Positions 53,428-64,000 of a stretch of DNA of 64,000 bases are shown in pieces. The notes beneath the pieces are model-generated. The model saw only the letters and a program-made list of their open reading frames with translations, made no database searches and was not told where the DNA came from. The DNA is from Octopus sinensis (taxonomy: Eukaryota), in NCBI RefSeq assembly GCF_006345805.1, contig NC_043005.1, positions 96,534,001 to 96,598,000 of the forward strand. The letters are read 5' to 3'. The translations under genes were made by a program, and so were the position numbers. How positions within the stretch are numbered: the stretch's first letter is position 1; each line of letters begins with the position of its first letter.

Positions 53428-54500
53428 AACTACTACTACCACCACCACCACCACCACCACAACTACTACTACTACTACTTGCACTACTACTAACAATAAC
53501 AGCAACAACAACACCACTAACTACCACAATCTCTACTACCGCCACCGTTACAGTCATCATCATCGCCATACCAACACCATTATCGCTATCAACACCACCA
53601 CCACCACCACCACCACCAACAACAACAACAATAATAACAACTATCATTAACATCACTACCTCCTCTGCTACCATCATTACCACCCTTACCACAATCCCCA
53701 CCACCGCCTCAACAGTAACGACCACCACTTATAAACCTAATTATTTTTGTCATTAAATCATTGTCGGCTGTCCTCTACGATTCCCATAAATTTGAATTTT
53801 AAAATTCGGCCATAATTTGTCAACTAAAATCGCATATATCGATTTATTCAGTTATTTGTGCTTAGTGGCAGGCATGGTTGTAGAGGAGGAGGTGGCGGTG
53901 TGCGTGGTGCTGGTGTTGGTGCTGACAGAGGGGCATGGGGGGCAGGTGAGGGTATTTATTGTGGTTGCAACGATGCTGTTGTTATTGTTGTTGTTGGTGG
54001 TGGCGGTGGCATTGGTATTGGTTGGGGAACAGTTTCCTGGTGATGAACGGTGGCTGTGATGGTGTGTTGATAGTTCAGATGTACTGTGAAATTAATAAAT
54101 AGCGCCGCTAGTAGTAGTAGTAGTAGTAGTAGTGTTTCCTGACAATTATTTATTAAAGATGTGTACAATGGGTGATGATGACTATGAGGACGATGATGAT
54201 GATCTCGATTATGATGATATGTTGTTGTTGGTGGTAGAGGTAGAAATAATGGTGGCGGTGGTGGTGCTGCTGCTGTTGGTGGTGGTGGTCACGGTAGTCT
54301 CGGTAATAATAACGAGGGTGAGAATAACAACGATGTTAATTATAATGATTCGTTGCTGTTGGCGGTGGTAGTAGGGGTAAATTTAATGAGGGTAATGGTG
54401 GTAGTTGGAGTGATGGTGATGGTGGAGGATGCGGAGGAGAGGAGCACAACGACGACGATGATGATGATGATGTTCATCGTCGTCGTCGTCGTCATTAGCA
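53250..54500. repeat. (CAC/TAC/CAA)n block (53250-53730) followed by a complementary-type (GGT/GAT/TAG)n block (53860-54500)
   Basis: Direct reading. Confidence 0.9.
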
Positions 54501-54698
54501 GCTTCCTGACCAGGATAAATCTTTGGTTTTGACTGATTGACATCAGTAATTATTTTTAATTTTGGTGGTACAAGGCATGCAATTTTGAGGGGAAGGGACA
54601 ACTCGATTACATCAACTCCAGTACTTGACTGGTCCTTTATTTTATTCTGTTGCCTGGCATGCTAACAATTTTGCCAGCTCACTGCCTTATTGATAATT

Positions 54699-54774
<76 letters not shown>

Positions 54775-54810
54775 TTATAATAATAATAATGATAATGATG
54801 ATGATGATGA

Positions 54811-55341
54811 TAAATGCCCCGATGCAGTACCAGGCAGTGGCTCTCTTGGCTTTTGATCTCAACTGATTGGAAGTGTTATCATGTACATTGTTTTTGTCTT
54901 GGTATAAAAGATGGGCTACAGCAAATATTCTGCTCAATACCACAGGTTTGCTTGTCAGTTGTTTGACCTTAACCAGTTGAGCATGTCCCTTAGTGGCTGA
55001 CGATATGTGCATCTCTGATCACGTGCAGAAGTAGTGAGGGAGCAACATAGCCGTGTGCTGAGAGGGATTCTTTGGGGTGTTTCGTTCAACGTCCTTAAAC
55101 AACCCTTATTCAGGGACATTTTGAGCGGGATGGGCTACTCGACATGAAGAAAATTCTAACTGGGCCCCACCTGCGAGATCATGCGCTGTTTATCTTGATA
55201 TGAGATCACCATGTCGCGCACATATGGTTGTGATGCATGTGCCTGGTGTACCCTTATCAGACGGGTAGTCATGATGGGTATACTGGGCTTCGTATATTTT
55301 ACCCCAGTGCTCCTTTGATGGCACACACTGCTCTCTCACTC
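54811..55341 (+). mobile_element. Unclassified ~0.5-kb interspersed repeat inserted in (TAA)n/(GAT)n, possibly Dong/R4-related
   Basis: Shares the same 3' end (ctctctcactc + (aat)n) as the copy at 57145-57607 but has a different 5' end. Confidence 0.8.
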
Positions 55342-55416
<75 letters not shown>

Positions 55417-55427
55417 GTAATCAATTT

Positions 55428-55634
55428 CAGAAATGGGGATTTGAAGCTAGAATCACATGGTACAATCATAGAGTCGAAAGAGTATTGGAGTCGGAGAAAT
55501 GTAAGATTTTGTGGGACTTTCTTATACAAACGGAGTCAGAAAATAACAGACCATACATAACGAATATAGATGAGGAAAAACGAAGTTGCTTACTTATCGA
55601 GCCATCATGCCCGTTTGATCCTAGGCCCGTTTGA
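55428..55634 (+). mobile_element. Dong/R4-clade LINE restriction-like endonuclease (REL) fragment
   Basis: QKWGFEARITWYNHRVERVLESEKCKILWDFLIQTESENNRPYITNIDEEKRSCLLIEPSCPFDPR matches the R4/Dong WYEH...KILWDF.IQTD...NRPD...IDVACPFD pattern. Flanked by (TAA)n. Confidence 0.85.
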
Positions 55635-55686
55635 TTCCACATAAATCCTACCAGGAATAAGCTCGAACCTGAGCCCAACCAATATG

Positions 55687-55750
<64 letters not shown>

Positions 55751-56219
55751 TAACCTTTTCTACTACATACACAAGCCCTGAAATTTGGAGAAGAGGGCGC
55801 TAAATAATAACTTCGACCCAACTACTTGACTGGTACTTTAATTTATTGATCCCATAATGATGATCTTAGGAAATTTTAATGAAGAACTTTACATCTACAT
55901 AATTCATTACATTACAGCTTAACAAAATTTTCCGAGTTTTTTCGTTTGCGATTTTGAGGTTACCTCCCTTAGTTCATTGTATGTTCGCATACCCTTCTGA
56001 ATGTTTATAAACCTTTGTTAACTGATCGTCAGAATTTGTAACACTATATTCTACTGACGATTTGAACAGATCGAAACTTATGCTCACATTTGTCCCTCGC
56101 GATTTAAGAACTGCCTTTCCTTCTTCTAAACATGAAACGCGATAAAATAAATCTTTTACATGCTTCAGTCATTGGACTGTACATACACTCCCCCACACAC
56201 CCACACATGACCCTCTACC

Positions 56220-56255
<36 letters not shown>

Positions 56256-57033
56256 TACATACAAGCACATTCTCACATTCACATGCACACTAACACGCAC
56301 ATTCACACAATCATACACACACACACTGATACACACACTCACACTTACGCACACTCACACCCACACACACACACACATATTCATGGATACACACACATAT
56401 GCACATACACATGTACATACATACATACACGCACACACGCTCACATACTTACGCAGCCCATCATTCCGCCATTAACACTCAATTCTGTATGGAGACACTG
56501 TCTGACGAACGCCATCATTAGAGACGTCTTTACTGCTTGCAATTTCATTAATGCAGATGAAAGAAAGGCTAGAAATAGCGACTTCAATCATGTAAGTTAA
56601 CAGAAACAATCCCGTTAACGCCGAAGAATAAAGAATAAAGAAAAATAAAAGATAATAAAATATAAGAGTAATGTAAGTATACTTATATGGACACCATATA
56701 AAGTCTGAATTTCAATGTAGTTAGTGCATAGATATACGCACATGCACACACACTTACATACACACACACACGCATGCGCGTGCACACACACACACATGCA
56801 TATATATAATTTCATTAAACTGGTTTCAATGCAACACTAGTAAAAGCACTGCTTTGAACACCTACACACGCAACAGACAAACATACATGCATTACATACA
56901 TAGAGAAGCAATCGAATGTTCAGAAGTAAGCGCGGTTATGCACTGAAAATACGCTGTGAGGAGAAGTCTATCGACATTACGATGATATTGATATGATGAT
57001 GTCGATGATGATGATGATGGCGAGAAAGATAAT

Positions 57034-57607
<574 letters not shown>

Positions 57608-57622
57608 AATAATAATAATAAT

Positions 57623-58058
57623 GGTTTCAAATTTTGCCACAAGGGCAGCAATTTTAGGGTAGGGGATGAGTTGATTACATCAACACTAATGTTCATCTGG
57701 TACTAATTTTATCGACCCCGAAAGTGCGAAAGGTAAAGTTGACCTCGGCGGAATTTGAACTCAGAACATAGCGACGGGCGAAATACCTCTTAGCATTTTG
57801 CCCGGCGCGCTAACAATTCTGCCTATTCGACGCCTTAATAATTTTTTTCTACTAAAGGCAGAAGGTCTGAAATTTGGAGGAGGGGATAGTCGATTACATC
57901 GACCCCAGTACACAACTGGTACTGAATTTATCGATCCCGAAATTATGAAAGGCAAAGTCGACCTCGGCGGAATTTGAACTCAGAACGTACCGACGGACAA
58001 AATACCGCTAAGCAATTCGCCCGGCGTGCCAACGACTCTGCCAGTTCACCGCCTTAAT

Positions 58059-58107
<49 letters not shown>

Positions 58108-58230
58108 TAATAATAATAATAATAGTAATAATAATAATATGCAGAAGAAGAAGAAGAATTTTAATAATAACCGTCTCCATCGAGTACACGCGGTTTACTT
58201 TGTCCATTATTATTATTATTATTATTATTA

Positions 58231-58274
<44 letters not shown>

Positions 58275-58303
58275 TATTATTATTATCATTATTATTATTA
58301 TTA

Positions 58304-58341
<38 letters not shown>

Positions 58342-59500
58342 TATTATTATTTTTATTAAGGCGGTGAGCTGGCAGAAACGTTAGCGCGCCGGACGAAATG
58401 CTTAGCGGTATTTCGTCCGTCGCTAGGTTCTGAATTCAAATTCCGTCGAGGTCGACTTTACCTTTCATCCTTTCAGGGTCGATAAAATAAGTACCAGTTG
58501 AACACAAGGGTTGATGTAATCGATTCATCCCCTCCCCCAAAATTGCCGCCCTTGTGGCAAAATTTGAAACCAGAAGGCGGCGAACTGGCAGAATCGCCAT
58601 CACGCCGGGCGAAATGCTTAGCGGTATTTCGTCTGCCGCGCCGAGGTCTACTTTGCCTTTCATCCTTTCGGGGGTCAATAAATTAAGTACCAGTTGAGTG
58701 CTGGGGTCGATGTGATCGACAGACAGTCCCCATTCCCCACAAAATCCAGGCCTTGAACCTATAATAGAAAGGATTGTTATTATGGATTCAAATTTTGGCA
58801 CAAGGCCAGCAATTCTTGAGGGAGATAAATAGTCGATTATAGCGATCCCTGTGTTTAATTAGTAGTTTTGTTTTTGTCTCTGAAAGGAGTTAATCTCGGT
58901 ATGATTTGAACTCAAATGTAAACAGTCGATAGAAATACAGCGAATCATTTTGCACGCTGCGCTAACGATTCTTCCAGCTTGACGCCTTTTTAAAAAAAAT
59001 GTTATATAATTATATGAAGGCTTATAACTCAGTGGTTAAGATCGTCGGATTGACAGTAAATTTGATACGCAGACCGTGCTGTGTTGTGTTCTTGAGCAAG
59101 ACACTTTATTTCGCGTTGCTTCAGTTCGCTCAGCTGTTAAAATGAGTTGCGACGTCAGACTGTATCGGCCTTTGCCTTTTCCTCGGATAACATCGGTGGC
59201 ATGGAGAGGGAAGACGGATTGGCTTGGGCTACTGCTGATCTTCCATAAACAACCTTGTCCGGATTTGTATCTTGGAGGGGAACTTTCTGTTTCTTTTTTT
59301 TTTTGTTTTTACTTTAATTGTATTGAATTATTCGATAACAACGATCCCAGTACTTCACTGATACTGCATTCTATCGTTCCTGGAATGACGAAAAGCAAAG
59401 CTGATCTCAGTGGGGATTGAACTGAGCGCGTAAAGAGCCGCAAAAACATACTAGAATGCATTTTTTCTGATGCTCTAACCACTCTGCTAATCCACTGCAC
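57623..59500. mobile_element. Dense SINE cluster: A(-)57623-57834, A(-)57848-58053, A(+)58360-58571, A(+)58576-58775, A(-)58786-58986, B(+)59016-59290, A(-)~59340-59500
   Basis: Each copy matches the family motifs seen elsewhere in the window. Confidence 0.85.
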
Positions 59501-60129
59501 TTGCCAAGGAGTAGGAGAAAAAGAAGAGGGGAGTCGGAGGAGAAGGAGAAGGAGGAGAGGAAAAAAGAAGGAAGGAGAGATGGTGGTAGTAGTTGTAGTG
59601 ATGGTGGTGGTGATGGTAGTCGAGGAGGAGGAGTGGGAGAGAGAGAGGAGGGAGAAGAGGAGAAGGAGCAAGAAGAAGAGGAGGAAGGAGGAGGAGGAGG
59701 AAATGGGAGGATGAGGTGTTGGTGTTGGTGGTGGTGATGAAGGAGAAGGATTCCAAGATAATGCCAATTTTTTTTTATAGCAGAAACAAACAAAAAAAAT
59801 CCTTGATGTTTTCAACTGAAATCAGTAAGACCACATGTGGGTAATAAAGATATTTCCTTCCAAGCTGTTTCGGTGATTACAGGAATTTACCTGGTAATAA
59901 GTCACGCAGAGCTATATTATTATTACTCGTAAAACTGAGATAAAACTTGGGAAATAAAATGTACGTATTATTCTGTATATATCATCTCGAGATGTTTGAT
60001 GCGTGGTATAAATAAAGAGGACATAATACAAAATAGAAATATATTGGAAATATATTGGGAAACATAAAAGAAGTTATCCGCAAAACGTTATAACAAAGAT
60101 AGTGAAATAACCTATGTATGTCTGTGTAC

Positions 60130-60184
<55 letters not shown>

Positions 60185-60283
60185 ACTAAAAAAAAAAAAA
60201 ACAGCGAAAAAGAAAAACACAAACGTTTGGACGTGGTACAAGCAATGAATTAATAAGACGCTTAGAGAAAGAAAAGAGTAAAA

Positions 60284-60318
60284 GTTTTACATTTCGAGCA
60301 TAGCTCTTCTTCGGAAAC
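60284..60318 (-). ncRNA. 35-nt hammerhead-like motif with U4C core in a pseudo-LTR-like relic
   Basis: GUUU-CCGAAGA-A-GAGC-UAU-GCUC-GAA-AUGU-A-AAAC. Stem III is one change from the ACGU palindrome. Confidence 0.5.
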
Positions 60319-60719
60319 AGGAAGGAACAGTGAAATCCAAGAGGAAGGAAGAAAAAATCGCCAACAATCATGTGCGGTTACAATTTTGAAGTAAATGACC
60401 GGAAGTAGGGATGAAGAGAAAATGCTTTCTGGAACAGAAGAGTGCGAAAATGGTCACTATGCGTGCGCGCGCGCGCGCGCGCGTGTTTATAAGGTAGTGT
60501 GTGGTGTGTGTTGTAGAGTGTGTATGTATGGTAGCGTGTGTGCGTGTGCATAGTAGCGTGTGTACGTGTGGTGGTAACTGTATATGCACGGATATAGCGT
60601 GTGTGCAGTCTGTCCGTGTGTCTGTGTGGTAGGATCTGTGTGCGTAGATGGACGCGTCAATAGTGGATCAGAAGCAGTCAGAAGAGGGTGTGAGAATGGG
60701 TGGGATGAGAAGAAGTGTG

Positions 60720-61065
<346 letters not shown>

Positions 61066-61093
61066 TATATATATATATATGTATATATATATA

Positions 61094-61243
61094 CACGATG
61101 GGCGTCTTTCAGTTTCCGTCTACCAAATCCACTCACAACACTTTGATCGGCCCTAGCAGACACTTGACCAAGGTGCTACGTAGTGGAGCTGAACCTGGGA
61201 CCATGTGGTTGGTAAACAACCTACTTACCATACACCCACTCCA
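61094..61243 (-). mobile_element. SINE family C 5' half
   Basis: cgatgggcgtctttcagtttccgtctaccaaatccactcac...ccaaggtgctacgtagtgg...accatgtggttggtaaacaac. Confidence 0.85.
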
Positions 61244-62511
61244 CTAGTTATGTTTAATATAAAAATTACTTATTTACCTAAGTTTTAACATCATCTCCTT
61301 CGAAATAATCAACTTGCGCAGCAATACACCGGTCCCAGCGTTCTGGGAATCCGGCCTGGAGGTCGTTTTCCGTAAGCGAGTCGAGGAATTTCTGCGATTC
61401 GCTCTCTTCATATCGACAATGGTGTTAAAACGGCGATTTTTGAGCTTCTTTTCATCGTGGGGAAGAGGCCAGCAATCCGCAAGTGCTAAATCTAGCGAAT
61501 AGGGTGGGTGCGGAAGCGATACTATGTTGCTTTAGGGGAGAAACCCACGAGTGAGACAGCGTGCATTGTCCCCGTGCATTGTGGTTTTCGAGCTCCACAG
61601 ATCCGGTCGTTTCGCCGAATGTCCTCAAATGCTTCAAAACATCGAAGTAGAACTCTTAATTGATATCCTAGCTCTGAGGGACGAATTCCCGACGTACAAT
61701 ATCGCAGATGTAGAAAAAAAGGAAATGATGAGCATACTCTTGATTAAGCTGCAGCTCTGCCGTGCCTTCTTTGGTCGTGGAGATGAAGGGCTCTTCCATT
61801 GTACTGACTGTTGCTTTGTCTCAGGGCCGTACCAATAGCTCCATCTCTCGTCACCGGTGATGATCCTCGACATGAAAGATGAGTCATCAGCGGCATGCTG
61901 ACCGAGATCTTGACATACTTCGATACAATGTTTTTTTCTGCTCAGTGGTTAGCAGGCAGGGCACAAACTTGGTAGAGACACGCCGTATGTTCAATTTAGA
62001 CGTTAGGATTGCCTGCACGGACCCATACGACAGACCAACAACATCAGCAATGTCGTTGATTGTCCTTCGACGATCCTCATGCACAAGCTGATGAATTTAC
62101 TCCACATTCCTGTGCCTGATGCACGTGACAGGTTTTCCAGATCGTTCATTGTCTTCAAGAAACGTACTTCCACATTTGATGACCCATGCCACCTGAAACA
62201 TTGCGTGTATCCCATTGCATAGTCGCCATAAGCTTGCCGAAGCATATTCATGTCTCTGTAGCAGACTTCTCAAGTTTAACGCAAAATTTCACGTTGGTTC
62301 TTTGTTGTTGTCCATGACACAATCACAAACTATAGCATACAAGCGATCACAAAAGCACAAAATTCACAACTTACAAAGTAAACACTGCAATGTAACTCGG
62401 CACACTGCCTCATGAAGGTCACTGCTAGTTATCACTGCACACGCAACCACGTGCTACCATCTATTGGCTTGCTACAGAACTAGTTCAGGAACATTTTGAT
62501 ACCACATTGTA
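61243..62511 (-). mobile_element. Mariner transposase fossil (irritans-like) with 5' TIR
   Basis: MHEDRRRTINDIADVVGLSYGSVQAILTSKLNIRRVSTKFVPCLL, IITGDERWSYWYGPETKQQSVQW and RWDRCIAAQVDYFEGD. TIR ta|caatgtggtatcaaaatgttcctgaactagt. Confidence 0.93.
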
Positions 62512-63009
62512 TACATATATAAATCTTCAAATGCACGTAACAATTCTCGTAATAAAGATAGGTTGGAGAGCAGCAAAAATATACTGCACTAAAACTGGTG
62601 TGCATGCATATATATATATATATATATATATATGTTTGTATTATGTAAGTGCTTATGGTATGTTTGACTGGCAAAAATATTGAATGACAAACAAACTATT
62701 ATACATTTAGAAGAGTGTGTCAACTATTTGTCAGTAATACTATTAACAGAATGTGAATAATAAACAATTCATACAGTCTTAGTTGCTTTAAGAATGATTA
62801 AAAAACATGCAGGCTAATCTATAACTAAGACTTCAGGACTAACAAATATGTGCAACGTATACGAGATAAGACAACTAGACATTGTACATCGGTATAATTA
62901 TTAGTTTCTTCTATGCTTTCAAGTTCATTGGGTTGTAAATTAACACCACTGGTTTCTGTTGGTTACTGTTTTCTTTACATATGGCGATGTTGTACTGATA
63001 ACACTGTAG

Positions 63010-63130
63010 CGACTGAATAATTGCTGCAGGCGTGAGCAGAAGGTTGCACAGAATTGGCTAAAGAGAATCATTGTGAAGCTGCTGAAGAATGGAGACCTGT
63101 TCAACAGGAATAGTTGGCAGGGCATTGCAT
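63010..63130 (+). mobile_element. RTE-clade RT fragment
   Basis: RLNNCCRREQKVAQNWLKRIIVKLLKNGDLFNRNSWQGIA vs RTE LLNKCW.EEKVP.DW.KGIIVKLPKKGDL..C.NWRGI. Confidence 0.7.
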
Positions 63131-63174
63131 ATATATTACGTGATATAACTCAAGGCATATATACACATTTATAC

Positions 63175-63366
63175 ACAGGGTGTCCATGAATTATCTATAC
63201 ACTTTTGAAAAATTCTGGGTAAAAATGGAAAAAATAAGGATAACTTCGTTTATTGGAAAACGTTGGCAAATAAAGTTATTACAAACATCTGGACACTTCC
63301 ACATGGATGCACTGGATGCACGCAAAATATCTAAATGATAAATTGTGGAAGCTGGAAAACAATATA

Positions 63367-63425
<59 letters not shown>

Positions 63426-63445
63426 AAGATAAACTTACTTGGAAA
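63175..63445 (-). mobile_element. Tc1/mariner-type element 3' end with TIR
   Basis: TIR-like ta|cagggtgtccatgaattatc; minus-strand CIQCIHVEVSRCL* resembles a transposase C-terminus. Confidence 0.5.
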
Positions 63446-63481
63446 TGGATGCGTGGCGTTCAATCAAATAATAATACAGAT

Positions 63482-63789
63482 CATATATACATAAATATAC
63501 GTACATACATATATATGTATATAGGTACGCATATATGGGTACAGGACGTCATAGAACATAAACAAATGGAAAAGAAGACAAGTAACATAAAAAATGACCC
63601 TTCATCAGTTGTCGGCTGTCGTCGTTTTTTATGTTACTTGTCTTCTTTTCCATTTGTTTTTCCCGTTCTTTGCGTACCCAACTTTATTTTCGTATTTCAT
63701 GTTGTTTACGTTTTACGACGTCCTGCACCCATATATGCGTACCTATATACATATATATGTATGTATGTACGTATATGTATGTATATATG
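63482..63789. repeat. Nested fold-back (outer arms ~70 bp; inner arms 39 bp, 1 mismatch)
   Basis: 63482-63550 / 63717-63789 and 63560-63598 / 63621-63659. Confidence 0.85.
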
Positions 63790-63790
63790 C

Positions 63791-63829
<39 letters not shown>

Positions 63830-64000
63830 GAGGCGCAACTGCCTAGCGGTTCGGGCAGCTGACTCGCAGTCGTAGGGTCGCGGTTTCGATTCCCAGGCCG
63901 GGTGTGTGAGTGTTTATTGAGCGAAAGCACCTAAAGCTCCACGAGACTCCGGCAGGGAGTAGCGGGGAACTCTGTTGTATTCTTTCACCACAACTTTCTA
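63830..64000 (+). mobile_element. SINE family D (cut by window end)
   Basis: Homologous to 14710-14880. Confidence 0.85.

Noticed and set aside
56053-56080. CUGACGA-UUUGAACAGAUC-GAAAC as a ribozyme
   Set aside because: No valid 10.1-11.1 pair or stem III. At best a decayed relic, like weaker ones at ~735-800, ~45234, ~47606 and ~59862.

Overview
Eukaryotic, AT-rich, repeat-saturated DNA, almost certainly from an Octopus genome. This is inferred from four abundant tRNA-derived SINE families (labelled A-D here) and extreme (TA)n/(CA)n/(TACA)n/(TAA)n content. I see no confidently identifiable host protein-coding gene, true tRNA/rRNA gene or CRISPR array, and nearly all ORF-track entries are translated microsatellites. 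The recognisable coding sequence is decayed transposon: CR1/L2-like, Jockey/I-like, RTE and Dong/R4 LINE pieces, three mariner transposases and a probable DIRS fossil. The most interesting signal is a set of small, AT-rich, often fold-back elements carrying minimal hammerhead-ribozyme (HHR) motifs with palindromic stem III, the architecture known from Penelope-like element pseudo-LTRs. Two have fully canonical cores (27681-27802, 28649-28722). Three elements with unrelated stems share a non-canonical CCGANGA (U4C) core (44328-44390, 49332-49369, 60284-60318), and further degenerate copies exist. Also present are several long near-perfect palindromes at retroelement junctions, a ~622-bp tandem duplication and weak candidate exons. 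All coordinates, translations and pairings were derived by hand, and family names come from recalled motifs rather than database searches.
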